The notes below the pieces were generated by a model. That model did no database searches, was not told where the DNA came from, and worked only from the letters and a program-made list of their open reading frames with translations. From positions 1-64,000 of IMG/VR virus record IMGVR_UViG_3300007609_000011: a DNA stretch of 64,000 nt. One strand, given 5' to 3'. Origin of the DNA: an uncultured virus (IMG/VR IMGVR_UViG_3300007609_000011). Its lineage: Duplodnaviria; Heunggongvirae; Uroviricota; Caudoviricetes. Shown in pieces: positions 40,073 through 52,900 of the stretch. Both the position numbers and the translations under genes were made by a program. The number at the start of each line of letters is the position of its first letter. Positions within the stretch are counted from its first letter, which is position 1.

Positions 40073-40512
40073 TGGCAACACGATTATATAAAACAAAAAC
40101 AGTAGCGGAAAACGCACAAAGTTTAGGAAATCAAAACGTTGAAACTTTCACTTATGTAGGATTTTCAAGTAACAGCGATAATACAAATTATAAGTTGTAT
40201 GATGTAGAGTTAGTAAAGCAAGATTTAATAAATCATTTCTACATCAAAAAAGGAGAAAAACTAGAAAATCCTGCATTTGGAACAGTTATTTGGGATCTGT
40301 TGTTTGAGCCGTTTACAGAAGATGTAAAAAAATTAATTGCAAAAGATGTTCAAGAAATTGTTAACTATGACCCAAGAATCTCAGTTAATTCGGTTACTGT
40401 AGATTCTACGTCTCAGGGTATACGTATTGAAGTATCTTTGGTTTATATACCATTTAACATTAATGAGCAAATGACTTTTAATTTTAACAAAGAAAATCGA
40501 ATAATAAACTAA
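40072..40512 (+). CDS. gp25: Baseplate wedge subunit (gp25-like)
   Basis: KGEKLENPAFGT..WDLLFEP and DPRI motifs. Confidence 0.9.
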   Translation: MATRLYKTKTVAENAQSLGNQNVETFTYVGFSSNSDNTNYKLYDVELVKQDLINHFYIKKGEKLENPAFGTVIWDLLFEPFTEDVKKLIAKDVQEIVNYDPRISVNSVTVDSTSQGIRIEVSLVYIPFNINEQMTFNFNKENRIIN

Positions 40513-40528
40513 GCACTTAATTTTATCA

Positions 40529-40536
40529 GGTAAATA
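40529..40536 (+). promoter_or_regulatory. Late promoter box (GGTAAATA) 5 nt before ATG
   Basis: TAAATA-TTGAT-ATG with no SD. Confidence 0.55.
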
Positions 40537-40541
40537 TTGAT

Positions 40542-43500
40542 ATGACAACTTCTGTAAGACAAAACAATTTATTGGTTAATCAAGATTGGACTAGAATCTA
40601 CCAAACGTTTAAAAATGCGGACTTTAAATCTTATGATTTTGAAAATCTCCGCAGGGTAATGATTAACTATCTGAGAGAAAATTATCCTGAAGATTTTAAT
40701 GATTATATAGAATCTTCAGAATATATGGCTCTCATCGATCTACTGGCATTTTTAGGACAGAGCCTTTCTTTCCGATTAGATTTAGCAAGCCGCGAAAACT
40801 TTATTGAGCTTGCAGAAAGAAAGGATAATGTTTTACGAATTGCAAGATCTCTTGCGTATAATGCTAAAAGAAATATACCAGCAACTGGGTTGCTAAAGTT
40901 CGATACTGTGTCCACAACAGAAAGCGTTTTAGACAGCAGTGGAAGAAATCTAGCAAATCAAACAATCGTTTGGAATGATCCAAGTAATTCCAATTGGGCA
41001 GAACAGTTTATTGCTGTTGTAAATTCAACGATGGTTGCAAATACTGAATACGGTCGCAGCCAAGGCAATGCAACAATTGAAGGTATTGAAACTGATCAAT
41101 ATCGATTTAACACGTTTTCTAACGATGTTCCTATCTATGCATTTAATAAGAGTGTAGCAGGAAGATCTATGGTATTTGAAGTTGTATCAACAGCATTTAC
41201 TGGTGAAGAATTTATATATGAAGAAGATCCCGAACCAGGTAATCAACCGGGGTTTGTGTACAGAAATGACGGCAAAGGTCCAGGGAGTTCTAACACTGGA
41301 TTTTATATGCTTTTCAAACAAGGAAGTTTAGAACTTGCAGATTTTACCATAGAAGAGCCTACTACAAATGAAGTTGTTGCTGTAGATTCTACAGGAATCA
41401 ACGATGCTGATGTTTGGTTATATTCGTTAAACGGTGCAGGGATTCAAACAAACCAATGGACCAAAGTTCCTAGTTTAAGCGGTAATAATATAGCCTATAA
41501 TAGCATTGCAAATAACATAAGAAATATTTACAGTGTAATTACAAAAGATAAAGATCGTGTGGATCTTGTTTTTGCAGACGGTAATTACGGAAATTTGCCT
41601 CAAGGCCCTTTCAGATTATACTATCGTGTATCAAATGGATTGAACTATGTTATACGTCCTACCGAAATGACAGGTATAAATCTTACTATCCCGTATGTTA
41701 ATTCGTCAGGCGATGCACATACTTTAACTGTCGGGCTAAGTTTAAAATTCACAGTAGATAATGCTTCTGCTACTGAATCGATAGCCAGTATTCAGCAAAA
41801 TGCACCTGCAACTTATTATACCCAAAACAGGATGGTAACTGCTGAAGATTATAATTTAGCACCCTTAGCAACATCGCAAAATATTTTAAAAGTAAGAGCA
41901 GTTAACAGAATCAGTAGCGGCATATCGAGAAATTTTGATTTGATAGACAGCACTGGAAGATATAGTGGTGTAAATGTTTTTGCAGACGATGGATATATCT
42001 ACAAAGAAGACACGGAAACAATTTTAAATTTTAAGGCACAAAATAGATTTGATGCCATAAACTTTATCAGAGATTCGATTGAACCTATATTTTCTAGTAA
42101 TTCGGTGTATAATTTCTATATTACTAAATTTCCCAAAATTTTATTTACGGATTTAACCACTGAATGGGTAGAAATCACAAACGAGATAAATCAAAACACA
42201 GGTTATTTTATTAACAATGTCGATCAAACAGTTTTAAAAACTGGAGTATACACAACAAATACCCTGAAGTATCTTTCAGTCGGATCATTAATTAAGTTTG
42301 TAGCACCTTCTGGTTATTATTTCGATAAAAATAACAATTTAGTACAAGGAACTGCATCGCTGTCCACTGATAAGACATATATATGGACTAAAGTTGCAAG
42401 CTTAGTTGGCGACGGAACCAACGCAGGTCGAGGTGTGTTAAGCAATGGGCTAGGACCTGTAACTTTTACAGATCGGGTTCCTTCCGAAGCAATTGCCTCG
42501 AGGATTGTCGCAAGTTTTTCTAATAACATTCAAACAGGGTTAGAAAACGAAATGGTTAACCTTATATCAAACGGGGTTAATTTTGGAATTCGTTATGATT
42601 ATGAATCAGGCGAATGGAAAATTATCGATAAGGATAATTTGAATCTAAATGATAGATTTGCACTCGGTAAAGCAGGCGACACAACTAATAATAATTTAGA
42701 TTCTTCGTGGTTAGTCTCATTTGTAAAAGTTGCAGACACATATAAAGTAACTGTAAGACAAGTAGACTATCGATTTGGAAGTGTTAAACAAAATAGATTT
42801 GCAATCGAAGAAAATCGTAAAATATATGATCCTAATACAGGATTAACAGTTTTTGATCAAATTAAAGTTTTAGGAATAAACACAGATTTTGCTCAAATTG
42901 ACCCATTGAAACAAGATAAAGTTTTCTTTGTAGATAGTGCTATACAAGAGCCGGACGGGTATAAAAAACCTGATGAAGTTAATGTTGCCTTTGCTGATTC
43001 CGACGACGATGGTGTAATCGATAATCCGGATTCATTTGTTGAAATAGCCGGCGATGACAGCGAATTAAAATTTCTGTTTTTTATAAAAGACACAACTACT
43101 CAGTTCGATACATATAATTATTTTGATAATTCAGACGAAACTATTATATTAGTTAATAGAGAAGTAGATGCTGATATCAATAATTATACAGACGGCCAGT
43201 TAATCTACTTTTATGACATTGATGAAGATGTTGTAAAACAGGTAAACAGAACCACAAATACATTTGATATTCAGCCTAATTACAAAGCAAATTACGGCAG
43301 AGACAATTTAAAATTTCAATATATTCATAACGCCGGAAACGACAGAAGAATTGACCCTAGTGCAAGTAATTTGATAGATGTATACCTTCTTCCAAAAAAT
43401 TACGATACCGAATTTAGAAATTTTCTAAAAGGAGCTGTATCTACAGTGCCGGTTGCACCTACGTCCGACGAGCTACGAATTGCTTACGGAAGCACTTTAA

Positions 43501-43955
43501 ATCAAATAAAAACAGTAAGCGATGAAATTATCTATCATCCAGTAACATATAAAGTTTTATTTGGATCTAAAGCTGAGCCTAATTTTCAGGCACAATTTAA
43601 AGTAGTTAAGAATCCAAATAGAAACATAAATGACAACAATTTAAAAGTTAGAATTATAAGTGCTATCGACGAATTTTTTGATATTAACAATTGGGATTTT
43701 GGTGATAGATTTTATATAGGAGAATTGATAACCTATATAACAACAACTGTTGCTCCGGACATTAGCAATATGGTTATTGTTCCTCGACAGTCTAATCAAA
43801 CATTTGGCACTCTATTTGAAGTACAAAGTTTAAATGATGAAATTTTTGTTAGCGGAGCAACTGTGGACGATATAGAAATTGTAGAAGCTATAACACCTTT
43901 TGAAATTTCAAGATCAACAGGATCAACAACCAATACCGGAGGCACCAGTAACTAA
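40542..43955 (+). CDS. gp6: Baseplate wedge protein (gp6-like), extended to 1137 aa
   Basis: DFxSYDFE, FNDYIESS, LIDLLA and QNRMVTAEDY motifs. Confidence 0.88.
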   Translation: MTTSVRQNNLLVNQDWTRIYQTFKNADFKSYDFENLRRVMINYLRENYPEDFNDYIESSEYMALIDLLAFLGQSLSFRLDLASRENFIELAERKDNVLRIARSLAYNAKRNIPATGLLKFDTVSTTESVLDSSGRNLANQTIVWNDPSNSNWAEQFIAVVNSTMVANTEYGRSQGNATIEGIETDQYRFNTFSNDVPIYAFNKSVAGRSMVFEVVSTAFTGEEFIYEEDPEPGNQPGFVYRNDGKGPGSSNTGFYMLFKQGSLELADFTIEEPTTNEVVAVDSTGINDADVWLYSLNGAGIQTNQWTKVPSLSGNNIAYNSIANNIRNIYSVITKDKDRVDLVFADGNYGNLPQGPFRLYYRVSNGLNYVIRPTEMTGINLTIPYVNSSGDAHTLTVGLSLKFTVDNASATESIASIQQNAPATYYTQNRMVTAEDYNLAPLATSQNILKVRAVNRISSGISRNFDLIDSTGRYSGVNVFADDGYIYKEDTETILNFKAQNRFDAINFIRDSIEPIFSSNSVYNFYITKFPKILFTDLTTEWVEITNEINQNTGYFINNVDQTVLKTGVYTTNTLKYLSVGSLIKFVAPSGYYFDKNNNLVQGTASLSTDKTYIWTKVASLVGDGTNAGRGVLSNGLGPVTFTDRVPSEAIASRIVASFSNNIQTGLENEMVNLISNGVNFGIRYDYESGEWKIIDKDNLNLNDRFALGKAGDTTNNNLDSSWLVSFVKVADTYKVTVRQVDYRFGSVKQNRFAIEENRKIYDPNTGLTVFDQIKVLGINTDFAQIDPLKQDKVFFVDSAIQEPDGYKKPDEVNVAFADSDDDGVIDNPDSFVEIAGDDSELKFLFFIKDTTTQFDTYNYFDNSDETIILVNREVDADINNYTDGQLIYFYDIDEDVVKQVNRTTNTFDIQPNYKANYGRDNLKFQYIHNAGNDRRIDPSASNLIDVYLLPKNYDTEFRNFLKGAVSTVPVAPTSDELRIAYGSTLNQIKTVSDEIIYHPVTYKVLFGSKAEPNFQAQFKVVKNPNRNINDNNLKVRIISAIDEFFDINNWDFGDRFYIGELITYITTTVAPDISNMVIVPRQSNQTFGTLFEVQSLNDEIFVSGATVDDIEIVEAITPFEISRSTGSTTNTGGTSN

Positions 43956-46900
43956 TGGCCGTTAAAAAGTATCCAGAAAGCAATCTTCCTATACGACAAA
44001 CATCGGATTTATTGCCTTCCATTTTTAAGACCGAACAGAATGAAAAGTTCTTAAACGGAACTTTAGATGCACTTGTTCAACCAGGCGTTCTTAATAAGAT
44101 AACCGGTTATGTTGGTAGAAGATACGGTAAAACATTTAACGGAAATGATGTTTATTCCGGAAACGACGAAACACTTAGAAGTAGATATCAGTTAGAAACT
44201 GGAGTTACTGTTGAAGAAAACCAAGAAGTTAAACAATTTTATGACTATCTAGATTTTAAAAATATACTTAACTTTTTCGGAAATAATACCGATATTGATT
44301 CTGTAACTACAGATGCTAAACATTATTCTTGGAATCCGCCTATTGACTGGGATAAGTTTATTAATTATAGACAATATTATTGGATTCCTGAAGGCCCGCC
44401 TGATGTTAATATATCGGGACAATCTCAAAGTATTGTTAGCACATATAAAGTTAGGACCAGCGATCCTCAGAATTGGTTAATTACACCTGACGGATTAACA
44501 CCGAATCCTACTTTAGAACTATATAGAGGTCAAACATATAAGTTCGATATTAATTCTCCTGATAATCCTTTTGTTATAAGAACAAATTACGATACAGGTA
44601 GTTTACTATTTGATTCTAACAAAGCATATGATTTGGGCCAACTTGCTCTTTATTCGAATGTTTTATATCGAGCCACCGAGTCAATACCTATTCTTCAAGG
44701 AGTTTTTAACCCTGAACAATGGGAAATTGTCGATGCACAAGAACAAGAAACTGTTTTAGATTATAATGATGGTGTTGTTAATAATAATATTGAAAGCGGA
44801 ACCGTAACTTTTACTGTTCCTTTAGATTCTCCAGATATTCTTTATTATCAAAGTTCCACAGAACCCGATCGTTTAGGACAGTTTGTTATTAAAGATATAG
44901 AAGAGAATTCCTTTGTTGATGTAGAAAAGGAAATTATTGGAAAAGAAACTTATACAAGCGGAAACGGTATAGAATTAACTAATGGATTAGTAATTTCATT
45001 TATTGGACAGGTTACTCCGTTGTCCTATTCTTCAGGAAAATATTTGGTCGAAGGCGTAGGTGATGGAATACGATTAATACAATTTGATGATTTAGTTGTT
45101 CCGCCTACTGTTTCTAGTTCTAACCTAGATGTAATTTTTGATAATGAAGGGTTCGATACTCAGCCTTTTGATAACGCTTCGACATACCCGGGCGAAAAGG
45201 ATTATATCACTATCAATAAGTCTAGCATAGATAGAAATCCGTGGAGTCGGTATAACAGATGGTTCCATAAAGATGTTTTAGAGTTTGCATTTGCACAAAA
45301 CGATAGTAGTTTTTCAGCTAACGAAGATTCTAGAGCAAAACGGCCGATAATAGAATTTCAACCTGATTTACAATTAACAAACCACGGCGGTACAGCGAAA
45401 GATACTGTAGATTTAATTGATACTTTCACTACAGATGTTTTTTCTATTATTGAAGGAAGCCAAGGTTACAATATTGATAATATTAGTTTATATGCCGGAG
45501 CAAGAATTCTTTTTACCGCAGACACTGATTCTTTAGTTAAAAATAAAATTTATGAAGTTCAATTCATTGATCACAATGGTACTAACATAATTCATTTAGC
45601 AGAAACTGAAGATACCCTGCCTCAGGATAACGATTGTGTTATTATAAGATATGGTCAGGCCAATGGCGGCAAAATGTTCCATTATGCTAACGAAACATGG
45701 ATAGAAAGTCAATCAAAAACCGAGGTAAATCAAAGTCCTTTATTTGAATTATTTGATGAATCTGGAAATCAGTTTTCTGACATAACGATCTATGATACTA
45801 CTACATTTGTAGGAACTCCGATTGTATCCTACAAAGAAGGAACAGGGAACAATGATGCAGAATTAGGATTTCCGATAAGTTATCTTAATATTAGCAACGT
45901 AGGTGACATTGAATTCGATTATGACTTAGATGTAGGTTCGTTTGATTATATTGATAATCAAGTACTGGTATCTAAACAGTATTCAACAGGGTATTTAAAA
46001 TTTAATAATGAAAAATCTTATGACAATTGCTGGACAGTATCTGATAATACATTCCATAGTCCTATTGTTGACAGTGTTGTTATATCTGAATCAACAACAG
46101 AACTTACATTAACCACGGTAAACTTTAAAGAAGTTACAGATGAACAAATACACCTATATGTAAACGATTTAAAAGTTGAAAATTATCAAAGATCTGTCAA
46201 CACTTTTGTTTTTGATACAGCATTAAAAGAAAACGATGTATTAACAATTAAAATTTTTGCCGATGTCGAACCAGTAGATGGATATTTTGAAATACCTAAA
46301 GGTCTCGAACAAAACCCATTGAATGGCGATATCCAAGAATTTACACTCGGAACAGCGATAGATCATGTAGCGACTGCGGTAGAATTTAACAGTTCGTTGA
46401 TTTCTACTGCTGATAATTCTGTTAACAAAGTAATCGGAAATAATAATCTAAGAGATTTATCGGGTTATATTCAAAATGCTACCAGATTTATGAAGCATGA
46501 TGGGATTAATGCACTGGCTCTATATTTGCTGTGTGATAAAGAAAATAATGTAATTAAATCTTTAGAGTATGCAAAAAGTCAATATCGTGTATTTAAAAGT
46601 GATTTCATTAAGAACATTACCGAAGAAGAAATATTCGATAACCCATCCGAATCTGTAGATAACATCATGAAGAAAATGACTGATAATAAAACAAATCAGT
46701 CAGCGTTCAAATATACGGACATGATAGGTTTCGGTGCGTATACTTCTATTCAATTAACAGTTGATGATACAGAAATAAAAACTTTTTCTTTATCCGATAA
46801 TTTCGATCTAGACACTTCTAGCAATAAAGCTGTATACGTTTATCTAAATAATGTTCAGCTATTTCACGGCTACGATTACGAGTTCAATTCTGATTTTGGG

Positions 46901-49900
46901 TTTGTTACATTGGATGTAGAATTATCAGAAGGCGACATTATCGAAATAAGAGAATACTTGTCAACAGTTTCTGGGTTTATACCAGCAACTCCTACCAAGT
47001 TAGGACTATACAAAAAATTTAAACCTGAAATTTTCATAGACGACACATTTGTAGAACCTAAGAAAATGATTCAAGGACACGATGGTAGTTTGTTTGCCGC
47101 GTTTGATGATTATCGAGATGACATTATTCTAGAATTAGAAAAAAGAATCTACAATAATATTAAAATTTCATATAACGAAAATCTTTTGGATATAGATTCG
47201 TTGCTATCGAGTTATTACGGCAACGGCGATTTTGAAAAAGAAACATTTGATTCTATAATCGGAAAACAGTTTTTAAAATGGATATCTAATAGCACACTTG
47301 ATTATACTCAGAATGAATACTTAGATACTGAAAACAGTTTTACCTACACGTATTCAAACATGCTAGATCCAACAAGATCTATAAACCTTCCAGGGTATTG
47401 GCGAGGAGTGTATCGATGGTTTTTCGATACAGATCGTCCACATACAAGACCTTGGGAAATGTTAGGATTTTCAGAAGAACCGTCGTGGTGGCAAACAGAA
47501 TACGGTCCTGCTCCCTACACTAAAGGAAACTTAGTTCTATGGGAAGATATAGAAAACGGAATTATTAGACAAGGGTCTCGTGCAGGAACATATGACAAGT
47601 ATAAACGTCCAGGGCTGACTAACTATATTCCGGTGGATCACAGTGGAAATCTTCAAAGCCCTTTAAATGCAGGCATTGCTAAGAATTTTGTATTGGTCAA
47701 TAACCAAGGTGCATTTAAGTTCGGAGACGTAGGCCCGGTTGAAAGTTCTTGGAGATATAGTTCAGATTATCCTTTCAGTGTTATTATAGGATTATCACTT
47801 TTACAGCCTTTTAAAATTATATCACAAAATTTGGATAAGGTCGGATTTACCACAAATTTATTAGGACAAACTGTTGATGTCGATACATTTAAATTTAAAA
47901 ATGTAGATCAAATTAATGTTCCTACAGCAACAAACATTACTGGAGGAATAATAAATTATGTTACAGACTACATTTTAAGCCAAGGACGAACTTCGGAATC
48001 TTTACAAAATGTATTCGAAAACTTTAATGTAAGATTGTCGCATAGACTATCTGGCTTTGTGGATCAAGATAAACTTAATTTTGTTTTGGATAGTAAAAAT
48101 CCTAGATCTGCAAGCGAAAGCGTATTTTTGCCTGCAGAAAATTACCAGTTATTTTTTAATGAGTCTGCTCCTATAGAAACTTTAGAATACAGCGGAGTTA
48201 TTGTAGAAAAAGTTTCTACAGGATTCAAGATAAACGGTTACAATCAAAATAAGCCATATTTTAACTACATTAAACCTGTAGAATCAAAAGGCGATCCGGT
48301 GTTTGAAGTCGGCGGAATTTCTGAATCTTTTGTAGATTGGACTCCTGAACAATTTTATGCCAACGGCACACTTGCAAGATTTAATAACAGATATTATAGA
48401 TCCAAGCAATCGCATACAAGCGGAACGGATTTTGATTCGTCTTTATGGTCAGCATTACCTAAGCTACCGATCGAGGGCGGTGTTGAAGCATTTAGAAGAA
48501 GAACTTTTTCTAATAAAATAATAGAAGTTCCGTACGGAACTATCTTTACAGATATACAAAGTGTTGTTGACTTCCTTTTAGGCTATCAAAAACATCTAGA
48601 ATCGAAAGGTTTTGTTTTTGATTCTTACGATACTGAACTTAAAGTAAACAGAGATTGGCTCACCTCAGCAAAAGAGTTTATGTTCTGGAGTACACACGAA
48701 TGGGCAACGGGATCTTTAATCTCATTAAGCCCGATGTCGTTACAGGTGAGTATACGATATCCTGTAGGAGTTTCCGAAGATATTTTTGATTCGTTTTATG
48801 ATTTTAATATCTTTAAGAGCGACGGCACTCCATTAAAAACAAATGAAATAGACGTTAAGAGATCTTTTCAAACTTTAGAAGTTACGTCAAAGTTATCTAA
48901 CGATGGAATTTATTTCCTAGCAGTTAACTATGTGTTAAAAGAACACGTTGCATTGTTTGATGACAGAACTGTTTTTAACGATGTTGTTTACGAAAAAACT
49001 TCTGGTTATCGACAGCAACGAATAAAAGTTAGAGGATTTAAAACAGCAGATTGGGACGGAGACTACACAAGTCCGGGATTTATATTTGATAATGTAGATA
49101 TAAATGATTGGCAACCGTTTATTGATTATAAACTAGGCGATATAGTTTCGTATAGAGAGTTCTTTTATACAAGTTTAATGAACCAGTCCGGATCTGCTGA
49201 ATTTATAGAGTCTAATTGGACCAAACTAGATCTAGTACCTAAAAAAGAGTTAATTCCGAATTACGATTACAAAATTAATCAATTTGAAGATTATTTCAAT
49301 TTAGATAGTGATGCAGTTGTCGGAAGCCAACGAGAATTAGCACAGCATACCTTTGGCTATCAACCAAGAAACTATCTATCTAATATTATCCAGGATGAAG
49401 TTACACAATTTAAGATTTATCAAGGATATATTAGAGAAAAAGGTTCACTGAACAGCATATCAAAAGTTTTCGATAAGATAAGTCGAATTGACGGAAATTC
49501 TATTGATGTGAAAGAAGAGTGGGCATTTAAAACTAATACATTCGGCGGAGTGAACACCTTAACTGAAACAGAATTTAGATTACCTTACGAAAGTTTTGAT
49601 TTATCTCCACAGCCTATAATAATTCAAGAATCTGATAATATTGAACAGTCAAACGATCAATATACTCGGATTACTCCGAAGGAATTTACAATTAATAAAT
49701 CTCCGTTTACAAAAAATATTTTTTCAAAGAAATTATTTAACGGAGACTCGAGAAATGCGGGATATGTTAGCACACTAGATGTTGATTATATTGTAAGAGA
49801 TATTCCGGAACTTTTGTCATTGGATATTTCTGATATTAGTGAAAATCAAAATATATGGATTACCTTTGAAGACGCATCCTGGAATGTATATAGATTTAAT

Positions 49901-52900
49901 AGATCTGAAATTTTAACTGTTGAAAATGCAGAAGTAATCGATAACAATGTTGAAATTACTTTTAATCGAGCACACAATTTTTCAGTAAACGATATCATCG
50001 GATTCAAACAAATACCAGGAATAAACGGACTCCATAAAGTTACATTCGCTGGTTTAAAAACCTTAAGATTTGAGATAACGCCACCTCTAGAAATTTCGTT
50101 TGATTCAAGCACAGTGATAAGAATTTATCAATTAACCAGTGCTAGATATTCTGGTTACGACAGAATATCCGACGAAAGTATATCGGTTCTTAATACCGGA
50201 TCTAAAGTATGGATCGATGAGAACGAAAATCAAAAATGGGAAGTGTTAGAGAAGGCACAACTTTATCAAGATAAATCTATTGTTGATTATGGTGTATCAC
50301 TGCCTGTAAAAACAGGGTACAATGTTTTATACTTAGAAAATCTTAAACAGTCTGTAGTGTCTATTCCTGGATCTAACATTGTTTCAGTATTAGTAGAAAC
50401 TGCTAACGGATTAGCGGCTAAGCAAGTTTTACAACCGCCGACTGGATTTAATTTTATTGATCAAAGCTTTGGTTATGGACTAGGTGTAAGTCCTGACGAA
50501 AAATATCTAGTGATCGGCGCACCGTTAATTTCAGATATTCCTACTCCGTACAAAGGGAAATATTCGCCATCGGCAACATATGCTTCAAACAGTATTGTTG
50601 AACACGACGGTAAACTCTGGAGGGCATTGGTAGGAATAACCGGTGCCGACGGAAGTACCATTAACATATATTCCGGCGACTGGACCGAAGCAACTAATAT
50701 TCGTGTAGATACGGATGAAACAGGCAGTGGGTTAACTTCGCAAGGATTGGTTCTTGTATATGAAAGATCAAATAATAGATGGGAATTCCACTCATCTTTT
50801 GTAAGTCCAAGACCGAACGACAACGAACGATTTGGCGAAACTATTTCTATTAGTAAAAACGGATCCAGCTACCAACTTGCTGTAGGAGCACCCGGTGCGT
50901 TAAGAAATCGAGGAAGAATCTACTTTTTTGATTTAGTTGCAAACGAGTGGAAAATCCAACAAAATGTAAATTACAGAGGGCTTTACAGTTCCGATGTTGA
51001 TACTTTTTATCCAGCCGGCAGTATTGTTTACTATAATAACAACCTCTGGAGAACAAGTGTAGATGTTTACAGCGACGGAAGCACAATTACAGTAGAAAAC
51101 GAAGAATGGCAGCTTATAGATCCAGTATCTACACATTGTTCGTTGCCAACTAATATAAGTTTGCCATTCGATGGTTCGACAATCGACGATAGCACATCTA
51201 AAATAGGAATATTGTCATCCGAACAAATTGCTGAATTAACCAAAGAAGGCGATCAGTTTGGTAGAAGTTTTGCATTAACATCAACAGGTAATGTGTTAGT
51301 TGTCGGTGCTCCGTTTAGCGACGAAAAGTTTTTCCAAAATTATCGAGGTTCTTGGCAACCGTTTGTTGAATATCTAGAAGGAGATGTAGTTAGGTATCAA
51401 GGTTCGTATCATATATTAACCGATCCTAGCGGAAACGACAGTGCAATTACATCTAATAACGAACGTCCCGACGACGGATTACCTTGGGAAAATATCGGAG
51501 ATAGCTCCAGACTGTTTATAGGAAAGGTATTTGTTTATGTTAAAAATGAATTTGGATTCTACGATCTAAAACAGACAATCAGTTCTGAGAATTTTGACAA
51601 TGGACCGTTTTATGTTTACGGCACAAATGATGACATTAAAGGACATTATTATCCGCTATATACCAATGAAAGTTTAGCTAACTCTATAGGCGAAACATCG
51701 CAAGCATTTACTTTTACTGAGTATCCTGGTGTAACGTTCTATATGCCTAGCACTGATATAAATTTATACAAAAAAGAACAACCGCAGAATTTAAGAAATT
51801 ACGACGATAAAGAAGTGGTAGACTTAGGAGATCAATTCGGATATCGAGTAGATGTAGACGGATCGGGATCCACTATTGTTGTTAGTAGCCCACTTTCGGA
51901 TATTGAATTACAAGATCAAGGCGCAGTTTATGTGTTTAAAACGGATAATCTTGTAAGCCCTCATTACCAGTTGCTACAAAAATTAACCAGTTATGAAAAT
52001 TATGTAAGTGAATTTTTTGGATCTGATGTTTCAATAAGTAAAAACAATGAAAAAATTGTAGTAGGAGCTAAAAACTCCCCATTTGTAAAACCAACTTCGT
52101 TTGACTTAGAATCTGGAACTTCTTTTGATTCTGGCACTACTAATTTTATATTCGATCTCGGCTATCCTGGACAAGCTTATGTCTTTGAAAGAAAGCCGGA
52201 ACGTTATTTCTTAGCTGAAAAACTGCAATCTGAAAACTTCCAAGATGACGAGAGTTTCGGATCGTCTGTTGATTGCTCGAGTGATAAAGTATTGGTAGGT
52301 TCGCCTGATTTTATAGTAGGAAATTCTGCATTCGGAAACGCAAGGTTATTCAGTAATGCAGGACTAAAAAGTATTTCTACAATTGGTATACAAACAGAAC
52401 TAACTGATCCGTTCGAGATACAGAACATAAGTTTGTTTGATAATTTTACCAACACTAAGACTGGTGATATCGAGATTGTCGATTCCTATAAATTTAAATT
52501 TTTAAGTTTAGTTGAACAGGAATTAAGTTTTAAAACAATGTACGATCCTGCAATCTACACCGCAGGAAATAATGAAACTACCGTACAACAAAATCAAGCG
52601 TGGTTTGAGAAAAATGTCGGAAAGCTATGGTTAGATCTTTCTACAGTAAAATGGTTAAACTACGAACAAGAAGATGTCGGATACCGTATTAGCAATTGGA
52701 ATCGTACTGCATACGGATCGTCTGTAGATGTTTATGAATGGGTAGAAACAAAATTACTCCCTAGTGAATGGGCAGCCATTGCAGATACTACAGAGGGATT
52801 GTCTGCAGGGATTTCGGGACAACCTTTGTATGCCGACGATACTGTATATTCACAGAAAATACTTTATAATATAGAAACAGGACAAACTTCCGAGACTTTG